From: Minisyncoccia bacterium
GTDB taxonomy: Bacteria; Patescibacteriota; Minisyncoccia; Phycocordibacterales; SBAW01
DNA length: 64,000 bases
Reading direction: 5' to 3'
Assembly (NCBI GenBank): GCA_049997855.1
Contig: JBEKSG010000004.1
Location: 2,607-66,606 of the forward strand
The position numbers were made by a program, and so were the translations under genes. Positions 39,688 to 49,663 of the stretch are shown here, piece after piece. The notes beneath the pieces were generated by a model. That model was not told the origin of the DNA. It did no database searches and saw only the letters and a program-made list of their open reading frames with translations. Every line of letters begins with the position of its first letter. Position 1 is the stretch's first letter.

Positions 39688-40434
39688 ATGAAAAAAATCT
39701 ATTATCTTTGGCTCCGGCAAATTAAAAAATACCTGCGTTCTACGCCGCGCATGATTGGTTCTCTCGCACAACCTATTATCTTTCTCGTCATGTTTGGATA
39801 TGGCTTCGGCAACGCATTCGGCAGCGGAGGCAACTACCTTGATTATCTTGCGCCCGGCATCGTCGGCATGAGCATCATATTTACTTCCATTTTTGCCGGG
39901 CTCGAAGTTATTTGGGACCGCCAGTTTGGATTTTTAAAGGAAACACTGGTGGCACCCATGTCTCGCACCGATGTCATGATTGGCAGGACCGTGGGCGCTG
40001 CTACCGTTGCTACCATACAGGGTGTCATCGTGATGCTCATGTCACTCTTGTTCGGTTTCCAACCAGTGAGTTGGATGGCGGTATTCCCGGCAGTGGGGAT
40101 CATGTTTTTGATTGCGCTCATATTTTCGTCGATTGGCACTATTATCGGTTCGCTTCTCGACGATATGCAGGCTTTTTCACTCATCATAAACTTCCTCGTC
40201 CAACCGCTTTTCTTCCTTTCGGGTGCGCTGTTTACGTTGCAAGGATTGCCTGCATGGCTTGCATTTATCTCCCGCATTGATCCGCTTACGTACGGCATCG
40301 ACGCTCTGCGCGTTCTCCTGGCTGATATCGGCCATCACGACTTAGGATTGGGAACTGACACGTTTGTTCTATTGGGAATGGCGGTGTTGTTTGTATGGAT
40401 GGGTGGTTATTTCTTCGAAAAAATCCAAATTTGA
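39688..40434 (+). CDS. ABC-2 type permease
   Basis: YLAPGI, WDRQFGFLKETLVAP, DPLTYGIDALR. Confidence 0.92.
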   Translation: MKKIYYLWLRQIKKYLRSTPRMIGSLAQPIIFLVMFGYGFGNAFGSGGNYLDYLAPGIVGMSIIFTSIFAGLEVIWDRQFGFLKETLVAPMSRTDVMIGRTVGAATVATIQGVIVMLMSLLFGFQPVSWMAVFPAVGIMFLIALIFSSIGTIIGSLLDDMQAFSLIINFLVQPLFFLSGALFTLQGLPAWLAFISRIDPLTYGIDALRVLLADIGHHDLGLGTDTFVLLGMAVLFVWMGGYFFEKIQI

Positions 40435-40474
40435 CTAAAAATATGCTATATAATGCATGGGGGTGTGTGATGTC

Positions 40475-42016
40475 ATGAAAAAACTTTTTATTTCTCATAT
40501 AACATATATCGTCGCGGCCGCTGTTTTTCTTACTATTGCAGTTGCGGCATGGTACATTATTTCAAATGCAGCGCCCACGCTCGGCTCTTATACCGTTTCA
40601 AATGGAACTATCACGGAGGCACTTGATGAGCCGGGGACGGTAGTTTCGGAATCTCAGGCGGATCTTGCTTTTCAAGAATCCGGCCGGATAGTGCATGTGT
40701 ATGCAACAGAAGGGGAGGTGGTACAGACTGGAGCGGTATTGGCAGAGTTAGACACTGCATCCTTAAACACAACTGTCGATCAGGCAAACGCGGCTCTCGC
40801 GTCGGCGGAGGCGAAACTTACCGCTCTGCAAATAGGCGCCACGTCGCAGTCAATTGCAGTGTCGGAGGCTGCAGTTGCAACCGCAGAGCAGTCTCTGCAA
40901 AACTCGTATGCCACTGTCCAAAACACGCTTGCTGATGCGTATGCTAAAGGAAATGATGCTGTTACAAGCCAGCTGGCGCTGTTCTTCTCGAACGCGGAGA
41001 CCAATAGTCCACAATTGACGTTTACACTCACCGATTCGCAAGTGGCGGGCGACATTGTTTCGCAACGCATTCAAGCGGGCAATGAACTCGCGGCCTGGCA
41101 GGCGGAGAACGCAAGCATTGCAGGGTCATCGGATACGTCGCAACTGGATCAGGCGCTTTCACAGGCCGACGGCCATCTTGCGGCAATGCAGACGCTCCTT
41201 AATACAGCAGTAACCGCAGTTGCCGGAAACATTAATCTATCGTCGACGGAAGCTTCTACCTATCGTAGCGCCGCGTCGACCGGACTTTCTGAAACCAATG
41301 CGGCGATTACCGAAGTGCGTGCGCTCGAACAGATAATCGCTTCGGAAAAAACTGCCGTGGCGCAAGCGCAGGCAGGACTCAATCTTACGACGGCAAGTTC
41401 GACGCCGCAGGATATTGAGCAACAGCAGGCGGCCGTAGCACAAGCACAAGCTAATGTAGCTGCGGCACAGGTCGCCTTGAATAATGCCTCGCTCACGGCG
41501 CTGTTCCCCGGCACTGTGCAAAATCTTACCGCGCAGGTCGGGCAGGTAGTTTCGCCAGGCACTCCCGTGCTTTCGCTTATCAATAGCAATGGCCTCAAAA
41601 TCCAAACGTACGTTTCCGAAGCCGATGTCGCAAAAATTAAAGTCGGCGACACGGCAGATATCACCTTGGACGCGTTCGGCATTGGCACGGTGTTTCCGGC
41701 GACCGTAACGACGATCGATAGCGCAGAAACGCAGGTAAACGGCACGCCGTCGTACCTTATCACGCTTCATTTTACGAACGTTGAGCCGCAAGTAAAAGAC
41801 GGTATGACCGGTAATGTCCATCTTATGCTCGCCCAAGATACCGGCGTGTCCGTGCCGAGCTGGCTCGTTCTTAATGATGGCAATCGTTATATTGTGCTGA
41901 TAAAAACTGCGGCTGGAATCGAGAAACAACCAGTCGACATCGGTCTGGTTGGCGATAATGGTATGACGGAAATTACGTCGGGAATTGCTGCGGGCGACAC
42001 TCTTGTAAATTACTAA
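40475..42016 (+). CDS. Efflux membrane-fusion (adaptor) protein
   Basis: TM anchor, lipoyl halves flanking a long coiled coil, VSEADVAKIKVG. Confidence 0.85.
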   Translation: MKKLFISHITYIVAAAVFLTIAVAAWYIISNAAPTLGSYTVSNGTITEALDEPGTVVSESQADLAFQESGRIVHVYATEGEVVQTGAVLAELDTASLNTTVDQANAALASAEAKLTALQIGATSQSIAVSEAAVATAEQSLQNSYATVQNTLADAYAKGNDAVTSQLALFFSNAETNSPQLTFTLTDSQVAGDIVSQRIQAGNELAAWQAENASIAGSSDTSQLDQALSQADGHLAAMQTLLNTAVTAVAGNINLSSTEASTYRSAASTGLSETNAAITEVRALEQIIASEKTAVAQAQAGLNLTTASSTPQDIEQQQAAVAQAQANVAAAQVALNNASLTALFPGTVQNLTAQVGQVVSPGTPVLSLINSNGLKIQTYVSEADVAKIKVGDTADITLDAFGIGTVFPATVTTIDSAETQVNGTPSYLITLHFTNVEPQVKDGMTGNVHLMLAQDTGVSVPSWLVLNDGNRYIVLIKTAAGIEKQPVDIGLVGDNGMTEITSGIAAGDTLVNY

Positions 42017-42028
42017 TTTAGTTTTTAT

Positions 42029-42688
42029 ATGGCCGAAGAAGAATTAAAAACTGGACAAGAAGAAATGACGATTGACCCCCAAAGGCTCAGGTACATTGGC
42101 GTCGGCACTTTTCTCGTGTGCACTGCAATTGCCGGCGGTGCGTATTGGTATGTATCGTCAAAAACGGTCTATATTGATTTGTCTGTCGTCCAGGCGCCGA
42201 TCATTGAGTTATCTCCGACCGCTTCCGGTCCATTGCAAGCGGTGTTTGTACATGTGGGCGATACGGTGACAGCCAACCAGCCCATTGCGCGCGTCGGAGA
42301 TGATGTGGTTGAATCAAAAACGAGTGGCGAGATAATTTCAATCGATCAAAATATTGGCGAGTACGAAAATGCTCTGACCGGACAATCGATTGTGGCGACG
42401 ATGATAGACCCCACGGAGCTTCGGGTGGTCGGTCATTTGGATGAGGACAAAGGGCTCGCATACGTACAAGTAGGCGATGTGGCGGAATTTACCGTGGATG
42501 CATTCGGTTCCAAGCAGTATTACGGGGTAGTCGATGAAATAGGCCAAACGGCAGAAGGAGATACGACGTCCAATATTTTTAATCAACGCCCGACTTATCA
42601 ATTTAATGTATATGTCCGTTTCGATCCGACGCGGTATCCCGAGCTCAAAAACGGCATGTCGGCGCGCATTTGGGTCTACGTGAAATAA
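42029..42688 (+). CDS. HlyD family adaptor (short, no helical hairpin)
   Basis: VHVGDTV, DEDKGL...FTVDAF, LKNGMSA. Confidence 0.8.
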   Translation: MAEEELKTGQEEMTIDPQRLRYIGVGTFLVCTAIAGGAYWYVSSKTVYIDLSVVQAPIIELSPTASGPLQAVFVHVGDTVTANQPIARVGDDVVESKTSGEIISIDQNIGEYENALTGQSIVATMIDPTELRVVGHLDEDKGLAYVQVGDVAEFTVDAFGSKQYYGVVDEIGQTAEGDTTSNIFNQRPTYQFNVYVRFDPTRYPELKNGMSARIWVYVK

Positions 42689-42833
42689 ACCTAGCCAAAG
42701 GACTTTTTCATTGCCCTAAATTATGTTAGAGGAAACCAATATTATTCCTCTCAAAACCGGTAGGGTACACAAGCGAAGCAGTTTGTTTGCCGCTCTCGTC
42801 GCAAAATTAAAACCCCTTTCGGGGTTAATTTTG

Positions 42834-42907
42834 CGCGAGAGACGGGACTTGAACCCGCAACCTCTGCCGTGACAGGGCAGCGCTCTAACCAGTTGAGCTA
42901 CTCCCGC
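42834..42907 (-). tRNA. tRNA-Asp (GTC)
   Basis: Reverse strand GCGGGAGTAGCTCAACTGGTTAGAGCGCTGCCCTGTCACGGCAG...GGTTCAAGTCCCGTCTCTCGCG. Confidence 0.95.
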
Positions 42908-43058
42908 GTGTGATGCCTCATCGTGCCGTCGGGTATGATGCGGGACCAGTGCGATTGTAGCGTAAAAACGCCTTTTTTCCAACCGGCAGTTCATAAAGAA
43001 TGGTTGAAAAAAACTTGCAAATACGTTACTCTGCGGGAGTTATTGTAGCGCATCAAAC

Positions 43059-43131
43059 GCCGAAGTAGCTCAGATGGTAGAGCAACTCCATGGTAAGGAG
43101 TAGGTCGCCGGTCCGATCCCGGCCTTCGGCT
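43059..43131 (+). tRNA. tRNA-Thr (GGT)
   Basis: GCCGAAG/CTTCGGC acceptor; ACTCC-ATGGTAA-GGAGT anticodon arm. Confidence 0.93.
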
Positions 43132-43150
43132 CCCGATTTTATCGGAAGCA

Positions 43151-43223
43151 GCCAGCGTAGCTCAGTTGGTAGAGCACTTCATTCGTAACGAAGAGGTCGT
43201 CGGTTCAATCCCGACCGCTGGCT
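43151..43223 (+). tRNA. tRNA-Thr (CGT)
   Basis: GCCAGCG/CGCTGGC acceptor; CTTCA-TTCGTAA-CGAAG arm; GGTTCAATCCC. Confidence 0.93.
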
Positions 43224-43246
43224 CAAGCAGTTAATAAAGAAAAAGA

Positions 43247-43273
43247 CCGCGGAACCCCTTGGGGGTTCCGCGG
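43247..43273. terminator. Bidirectional terminator
   Basis: CCGCGGAACCCC/GGGGTTCCGCGG stem flanked by A- and T-tracts between convergent units. Confidence 0.75.
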
Positions 43274-43288
43274 CTTTGTTTTGCTTTT

Positions 43289-43831
43289 TTAGGCGCTGGC
43301 TTTTAAATGTCGAGTGCCAGGCAGTATAAGCCCAGTTTCCACAAGCCAATCAAAGTGCTTTTGGAGAAACTTACCCTCCCGGACGCACTGGTAGAACTCC
43401 TCAACCTTGAAAAATTTTGGCTCCTCGCCTTCGTTTTCTGGATGACGAGTATTCATCCAAGCAATATCATCCAAAGACAAAATGGCGTGGAAAAGGCATC
43501 TCCAGTGGTCTCCACGCCAACCGAGTTGTTTGCCGACGTACGTTAATGCGCTCGCAGAAAGAGTAATGCCGGTTTCACCCGCAAATTCTCGCACGGCGGT
43601 GTCGATGGGTGTAATATCGACAATTTCGTCTTCACGTTTTCTATGTCCTCCAGAAAGCTTCCACTTGGGGTCGCGTTTTTTGGGTTCGATGATAAAGACG
43701 AAACCGACAGATATGTGCCCAGTGGTGTCTTTCTCACCTTCGGCAAGGATTTTTGGCGCGGGGAGCACTCGCGCAAACACGAGTGATGCCCAATCCTTAA
43801 TCTCCCCAAGACCATATTCTTCCAATCGCAT
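43289..43831 (-). CDS. NUDIX hydrolase
   Basis: WKLSGG...TAVREFAGETGI (variant Nudix box). Confidence 0.7.
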   Translation of the reverse strand: MRLEEYGLGEIKDWASLVFARVLPAPKILAEGEKDTTGHISVGFVFIIEPKKRDPKWKLSGGHRKREDEIVDITPIDTAVREFAGETGITLSASALTYVGKQLGWRGDHWRCLFHAILSLDDIAWMNTRHPENEGEEPKFFKVEEFYQCVREGKFLQKHFDWLVETGLILPGTRHLKASA

Positions 43832-43939
43832 CGCGCACCTCCGCGTATATGAGTTGTATTTTGAACATCCTAGGGATTCTTCCGGAAACAACTTTACATA
43901 ATTTGTGGTAAAAGTCAAGTGCTTGTATACTCCTTATAT

Positions 43940-44845
43940 ATGAGCGCGCGCAACGAGACAGGCAAGGGAGATAAAGCCGAACGGATTAAAGAAATCGAGA
44001 AGGCTATGCTCCTGCCCGATTTTTGGAATAATTCTGCCGAGGCACAGGCGCTTATCAAAGAACTCCAGGATTTAAAGATGGAGGTCGAAGGTGGCAGTAC
44101 CTACGACCGTGGCAGTGCGATTATCACCTTCGTGGCGGGCGCGGGCGGCGACGATGCCGAGGATTTTGCGCGCATGCTATATGACATGTATCGCGCCTAT
44201 GTAGAGAAACGCGCCCGCTTGCCGGACGGGCAGGGCTGGAACGTACGTGTGTTGCATGCCAACGAAAACGACCACGGCGGCTACCGCAATCTCTCGGTTG
44301 AAATAGAAGGTAAAAATGTTTATGGGACCTTGAAAGGTGAATACGGTGTGCATCGGCTCGTGCGCATCTCGCCGTTTAACGCCAACCAAAAGCGCCAAAC
44401 CTCTTTTGTACTGGTCGAGGTACTGCCGGTATTGGAAAAAGTTGCCGACATCGCACTCGACGAAAAAGATTTGGAGATTACTATGGCGCGCTCCGGCGGC
44501 CCCGGCGGGCAAAATGTTAACAAGCGCGAGACCGCCGTGCGCATTGTACATAAACCCACCGGCATAAGCGCGCATGTCGAAGGCGAGCGCACGCAAAGCG
44601 CCAATAAAGAAAAAGCGTTGACAATTATCAAAGCAAAACTCCTGCACCAGCTTGAAGCCGAGCGTAAAGAAAAGGTGGCTGACCTCTCCACCAATTCCTC
44701 CAAAATTGAGTGGGGGAGCCAGATCCGCTCCTATGTATTGCATCCGTACCAGTTGGTTAAAGATCATCGCACGGGCGTGGAGGTGCGCGACGCAGCAGGT
44801 GTACTTGCAGGCAACCTTGAGCCGTTTTTGGAAAAAGAAAAATAA
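43940..44845 (+). CDS. prfB: Peptide chain release factor 2 (shortened N-terminal domain)
   Basis: [11 protein letters not shown] (SPF motif), [18 protein letters not shown]. Confidence 0.92.
   Translation: MSARNETGKGDKAERIKEIEKAMLLPDFWNNSAEAQALIKELQDLKMEVEGGSTYDRGSAIITFVAGAGGDDAEDFARMLYDMYRAYVEKRARLPDGQGWNVRVLHANENDHGGYRNLSVEIEGKNVYGTLKGEYGVHRLVRISPFNANQKRQTSFVLVEVLPVLEKVADIALDEKDLEITMARSGGPGGQNVNKRETAVRIVHKPTGISAHVEGERTQSANKEKALTIIKAKLLHQLEAERKEKVADLSTNSSKIEWGSQIRSYVLHPYQLVKDHRTGVEVRDAAGVLAGNLEPFLEKEK
44213..44233. repeat. Degenerate family A repeat in prfB
   Basis: Diverged copy of the GCCTGCCTGCCGGCAGGCAGG type giving ARLPDGQ between KR and GW. Confidence 0.6.
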
Positions 44846-44910
44846 AAGAAGTTGGAAAAGGAAAATAAATAAGGTATAGTGCCTACAGAAGATGTATAGG
44901 GGAGCTCAAT

Positions 44911-45387
44911 ATGAAAGCTCAGAAGCGCGTGTGCGGCTCTTGCACGGCTTGTTGCAAGACGCATGAAATAATTGAGATAGGCAAACAAGCGGGTGTATGG
45001 TGCCATCACTGCAACCCAGGAGTAGGTTGCTCCATTTATCCAGAGCGTTCATTTAGTTGCAGGGTATTTAAATGCGAATGGCTCAAAGGACGGGGGAGTG
45101 ATGCACAGCGGCCCGACCGTACAAACATAATCTTTGATTATGTAAAAACTAGAAATTGGCTTTCCGATGGGATATTACAAATTGTGGAGGTTGAGGACGG
45201 CGCTTTATCGCTCATGCAGCTTGATGAGTTAATACTCGAGGCTTTAGCAAAAAATTTTTTCTTGCTTAAAGCTTATATCTCGGGGCGCAAAGTGCTTTTT
45301 GTACCTCCGCTCAAGCATCTGACCAAAGAGTGGCGTCTCTTTGCCGCTGAAAATGGGTTTGAAGTGCAAGTCCTCACTGGGCCCTGA
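44911..45387 (+). CDS. Cys-cluster (YkgJ-like) protein
   Basis: CGSCTACC...WCHHC...CSIYPERSFSCRVFKCEWL. Confidence 0.7.
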   Translation: MKAQKRVCGSCTACCKTHEIIEIGKQAGVWCHHCNPGVGCSIYPERSFSCRVFKCEWLKGRGSDAQRPDRTNIIFDYVKTRNWLSDGILQIVEVEDGALSLMQLDELILEALAKNFFLLKAYISGRKVLFVPPLKHLTKEWRLFAAENGFEVQVLTGP

Positions 45388-45466
45388 TTTCTTTGCGAAA
45401 CAAGGGTCTATTTTATATAGCAAGCGATTTTGCACATCGAGCATATAGGAGTAGAATAAAAAAGTT

Positions 45467-46147
45467 GTGATCTACTACGATCGCGTATCAAAGATATACG
45501 CCGACAATTCTGTCGCGCTCGATGAAGTGAGCTTTTCGGTCGAGCCCGGCGAGTTTATCTCATTTGTCGGGCACTCAGGCGCCGGCAAAACCACGCTCAT
45601 CAAAATGCTCCTTGCCGAAGAAAAACCAACCTCCGGCTCGGTTTTTTTTGAGTCTATCAACGTGCACGAAGTGCCGCTCAACCGCATCAACAGCTTGCGT
45701 CGCAAAATCGGCACGGTGTTCCAGGATTTTAAACTGCTTCCCGCCAAGACCGCCTACGAAAATATTGCGTTTGCCATGGAAGCCGCCGGCAGGGATGAAG
45801 AGGAAATACGCTCCGACGTGCCACACGTGCTCGGGCTGGTTGACCTGGGCGATAAAATGAACAACTTTCCGAGCGAGCTCTCGGGCGGCGAGCAACAGCG
45901 CGTTGCAATCGCGCGTGCCATTGTTAACCAGCCCGACGTTATTGTTGCCGACGAGCCGACCGGCAACCTCGACCCGGTCAACACGTTTGAGATTGTGCAA
46001 ATTTTAAAAAAGATAAATGATTTGGGTACTACGGTCATCCTCACCACGCACAACAAAGGCGTCATCGACTCTCTTCGGAAGCGCGTCATCACGATGGATA
46101 GAGGTAAAGTCATTAGGGACGACAGGGAAGGAAAGTATATCTTATAA
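45467..46147 (+). CDS. ftsE: Cell division ATP-binding protein FtsE
   Basis: [35 protein letters not shown]. Confidence 0.93.
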   Translation: MIYYDRVSKIYADNSVALDEVSFSVEPGEFISFVGHSGAGKTTLIKMLLAEEKPTSGSVFFESINVHEVPLNRINSLRRKIGTVFQDFKLLPAKTAYENIAFAMEAAGRDEEEIRSDVPHVLGLVDLGDKMNNFPSELSGGEQQRVAIARAIVNQPDVIVADEPTGNLDPVNTFEIVQILKKINDLGTTVILTTHNKGVIDSLRKRVITMDRGKVIRDDREGKYIL

Positions 46148-46230
46148 ATTAGGGGGCTTTGCGACCATAATTTATTAGCTCCCGAGGCACCCAAGGGATA
46201 ACATCAAATAAATAAGTTACAATAAACATT

Positions 46231-47163
46231 ATGAACTGGGTTACGACAAAACGAATATTCCGCGCAGGGTTCTTAAGCTTTTGGCGCAACGGCTTTGTGT
46301 CGTTTGCGTCGGTCCTCATGATGACCTTTACGCTCTTTACCATCCTGCTCGCCATTTTTACCGGCGTGATTTTAGACACGACGCTTCAGCAATTTAGAGA
46401 TAAGGCCGACATGAACGTCTATTTTGTAACCGACGCGCCCGAGGATCAGATTTTGGCGCTGCAAAAATCGGTCAACGCATTACCCGAGGTCGCTTCTACC
46501 CAATATATCTCGCAAGACGACGCGCTCGCAAACTTTCGTGAACTGCACCAAAACGACCAGCTCACACTGCAGGCACTCGACGAGCTTGGCACCAATCCGC
46601 TTGGCGCGGTTCTCAACATAAAAGCCAAAGACATCAACTCCTACGGCGCCATTGCCGATTTTTTGCAACAGCAAGAAGCGCTCGGCCAAGGCCAGCCGCA
46701 AATTATCGACAAAATAAACTACTTTGACCAACAGCACCAGGATGCCGTCAACCGCCTCGCCCAAATAACCAGCTCGGCAAAGCTCATCGGCCTCGCTATC
46801 ATTATTATTTTTGTGCTCATTACGATTGCAATCACGTTTAACACGCTCCGGCTTACCATCTACGGCTCGCGCGAGGAGATACAGGTAATGCGCCTCGTTG
46901 GCGCCGCGCAGGGCTATATCCGCGCGCCGTTTATTGTGGAGGGCATCCTCTACGGCATCATCGCGGGTATGGCAACGCTCATCATCTTTTATCCGCTCAC
47001 CTGGTGGCTCGGCAATGCCACCGAGGGCTTTTTTGGCGGCATCAATATTTTTGACTACTACATTGCCCACTTCCCGGAGCTCTTTCTTATTATCGTCGGC
47101 TCGGGTGTTGTGCTCGGAGCTGTGGCTAGCTACCTTGCGGTCCGCAGGCATTTGAGGATATAG
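46231..47163 (+). CDS. ftsX: Cell division permease FtsX
   Basis: FWRN, REEIQVMRLVGA...IRAPFIVEG. Confidence 0.92.
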   Translation: MNWVTTKRIFRAGFLSFWRNGFVSFASVLMMTFTLFTILLAIFTGVILDTTLQQFRDKADMNVYFVTDAPEDQILALQKSVNALPEVASTQYISQDDALANFRELHQNDQLTLQALDELGTNPLGAVLNIKAKDINSYGAIADFLQQQEALGQGQPQIIDKINYFDQQHQDAVNRLAQITSSAKLIGLAIIIIFVLITIAITFNTLRLTIYGSREEIQVMRLVGAAQGYIRAPFIVEGILYGIIAGMATLIIFYPLTWWLGNATEGFFGGINIFDYYIAHFPELFLIIVGSGVVLGAVASYLAVRRHLRI

Positions 47164-47179
47164 TAGTACCTGATAAAAC

Positions 47180-48901
47180 ATGGCTGTACGACCCAAACGA
47201 TCACCTGCAAAAAAAACATCTCCTAAATACATTTTTGTCGTCGGCGGGGTCATGAGCGGCATCGGCAAGGGCATCGCCTCGTCCTCCATCGGGCGCATTC
47301 TCAAATCGAAAGGTTTTAAGGTAACGGCGATAAAAATCGACCCGTATATCAACGTGGATGCCGGCACGATGAATCCCACCGAGCATGGCGAGGTGTTTGT
47401 GCTCAACGACGGCTACGAGACCGACCAGGACATGGGCAACTACGAACGCTTTTTGGACGACACATTGCCCTCTATCAACTACATGACGACCGGCCGCGTG
47501 TATCAGGAGATTATCCGCCGCGAGCGCAACTTGGAGTTTGGCGGCAAAAACGTCGAGGTGGTGCCGCACGTGCCGCTCGAGGTATTGCGCCGCATCAGCG
47601 AGGCGCAAAAAAACGCCAAAGCCGAGGTAACACTGGTTGAGGTGGGCGGCACCATCGGCGAATATCAAAACATTATTTTTTTGGAAGCGGCTCGCATGCA
47701 GAAGCAAAAATGCCCCGGCGATGTGGCTGTGGTCATGCTCTCGTATGTGCCGATACCGCACAACATCGGTGAGATGAAGACCAAGCCCACGCAGTATGCC
47801 AGCCGCGAGCTCAACTCCACCGGCCTCCAAGCCGATATTATTTTGGCGCGGGCAACTGTGCCTCTCGATGCCAAGCGCAAAGAAAAGATTGCAACCTTTT
47901 GCAACATAAGCCCCGAGCGTGTTATTTCGGCGCCAGATGTTGAGAGTATTTATGATGTCCCGGCCAATTACGAAAAAGACGGCCTCGGCGATATGTTGAC
48001 CGAGGTGCTCGGTCTGCGGAAGCGCAAAACCGATCTCTCGGAGTGGAACACGTTTGCGCGCAAAGTAAAAAACGGCAACAAAGAGCTCTCCATCGCGATT
48101 GTCGGCAAATATTTTAACTCGGGCGATTATGTGCTCTCCGATGTATACATCTCGGTCATTGAGGCGCTCAAGACTGCCGGGTATCACCACAATTCAAAAA
48201 TCAAACTCGACTACATCGACTCTGAAGATTTTGAAAACCTGCCTGCCGGCAGGCAAGTGGCAAAGCGTTCCCTCGAGGAGCTCGGTGCGTTTGACGGCAT
48301 CGTGGTGCCGGGCGGCTTTGGTTCGCGCGGCGTCGAGGGCATCGTAGCGGCTATTACATACGCGCGCGAGCATAAGATACCGTACCTCGGCCTCTGCTAC
48401 GGCATGCAATGGCTCACGATAGAGTATGCACGCAATAAAGCGGGGCTCGCGGGCGCCAACACCTCCGAGGTCGACAAAAAAACGCCGCATCCGGTCATCG
48501 ACATCATCCCCGACCAAAAAGAAAAGATGCTCAACAAAAACTACGGCGGCACGATGCGCTTGGGCAGCTATCCGTGTGTGCTCAAAGAGGGGAGCGTTGC
48601 ATGCGAAGCCTACGTGTCCTTTGGAGCCTTGGCGAAGAAGGATGGCGTTAAAAAGATAAGCGAGCGGCATCGCCATCGCTATGAAGTAAACCCCGAGTAT
48701 ATCAAGCGGCTTGAGGAGGCGGGGCTCGTGTTTTCGGGCCGTTCTCCCGACGGTGTCTTGATGGAGATAGCCGAGTTGCCAAAAGATGTGCACCCGTTTT
48801 TTGTCGGCACGCAGTTTCATCCCGAGTTTCTCTCCAGGCCGCTCTCGCCGCACCCTCTATTTTCGGCGTTCGTTAAAGCCGCTCGCGAAAAGTCAAAATA
48901 A
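47180..48901 (+). CDS. pyrG: CTP synthase
   Basis: GGVMSGIGKG, KTKPTQ, GLCYGMQ, ERHRHRYE, QFHPEF. Confidence 0.97.
   Translation: MAVRPKRSPAKKTSPKYIFVVGGVMSGIGKGIASSSIGRILKSKGFKVTAIKIDPYINVDAGTMNPTEHGEVFVLNDGYETDQDMGNYERFLDDTLPSINYMTTGRVYQEIIRRERNLEFGGKNVEVVPHVPLEVLRRISEAQKNAKAEVTLVEVGGTIGEYQNIIFLEAARMQKQKCPGDVAVVMLSYVPIPHNIGEMKTKPTQYASRELNSTGLQADIILARATVPLDAKRKEKIATFCNISPERVISAPDVESIYDVPANYEKDGLGDMLTEVLGLRKRKTDLSEWNTFARKVKNGNKELSIAIVGKYFNSGDYVLSDVYISVIEALKTAGYHHNSKIKLDYIDSEDFENLPAGRQVAKRSLEELGAFDGIVVPGGFGSRGVEGIVAAITYAREHKIPYLGLCYGMQWLTIEYARNKAGLAGANTSEVDKKTPHPVIDIIPDQKEKMLNKNYGGTMRLGSYPCVLKEGSVACEAYVSFGALAKKDGVKKISERHRHRYEVNPEYIKRLEEAGLVFSGRSPDGVLMEIAELPKDVHPFFVGTQFHPEFLSRPLSPHPLFSAFVKAAREKSK
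48238..48257. repeat. Intragenic palindrome, family A variant, in pyrG
   Basis: CCTGCCTGCCGGCAGGCAAG read as LPAGRQ. Confidence 0.85.
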
Positions 48902-48934
48902 AAAAACATCTCGCTCTTCTGCGGGGTGTTTTTT
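48901..48934 (+). terminator. Intrinsic terminator after pyrG
   Basis: AAAAAACATCTCGC-loop-GCGGGGTGTTTTTT. Confidence 0.75.
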
Positions 48935-49063
48935 TATTTTGACTTTTCTTTTTTAGGCTTCTTTTTGTCTCTTTTGTAAGCGTTGTTTCCCTTACCCATA
49001 AGCAAAATATTAGCTTGCTAATGCACTATATAATACCACGACCAATGGGCGTTTTTTAATCAG

Positions 49064-49134
49064 CTGCCAGACTTGGGGTCGAACCAAGATAAACGGATTC
49101 AGAGTCCGTTGTCCTACCATTAGACGATCTGGCA
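49064..49134 (-). tRNA. tRNA-Gln (CTG)
   Basis: Reverse strand TGCCAGATCGTCTAATGGTAGGACAACGGACTCTGAATCCGT...GGTTCGACCCCAAGTCTGGCAG. Confidence 0.93.
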
Positions 49135-49276
49135 ATGTATCGCTCATGCCTCACAAGAGGGAGCAATGTTCATACAAAATACAACATTATTTGGCATAAT
49201 TCAATGAAACCTCGGCTTGTTTTAGGGCGTATGTATATATAGATATATAGGTATACATAAAAGAACAAATCCAACT

Positions 49277-49651
49277 ATGAAACACAAACTCATTTATATC
49301 ATTGGAGGTTCCCTCGTGGCAGGCTCGCTCATGTTTGGCGGCAGTGCCTTTGCCGCCGACGCCAACCGCGTGACGCCGGCGGTGTTTGGCTCGGTTATTG
49401 CGGTAACCAGCGGGGGCATCACCGTTTCCGGCAAGAGCGGCAAGCGGCGCACGACCACCACCTACACGGTCGACGTGAGCAAAGCAAAAATAACTACAGG
49501 ATTGGGGCAGGGCGCAAGCGTCGTAACTCCCTCAAATGTTGAAGTGGGCGACAAAGTGGCCGTGCTCGGAGTCATCACCGGCGACGCCATGTTTGCTAGT
49601 TCGGTATTTGACCGAAGAGCGGCAGCAACATCAAAACAAAAGCGCATGTGA
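49277..49651 (+). CDS. Secreted OB-fold-like protein
   Basis: Signal peptide ending AFA; YTVDVSKAKI...VEVGDKVAVLG. Confidence 0.65.
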   Translation: MKHKLIYIIGGSLVAGSLMFGGSAFAADANRVTPAVFGSVIAVTSGGITVSGKSGKRRTTTTYTVDVSKAKITTGLGQGASVVTPSNVEVGDKVAVLGVITGDAMFASSVFDRRAAATSKQKRM

Positions 49652-49663
49652 TAGTATAAAAAT

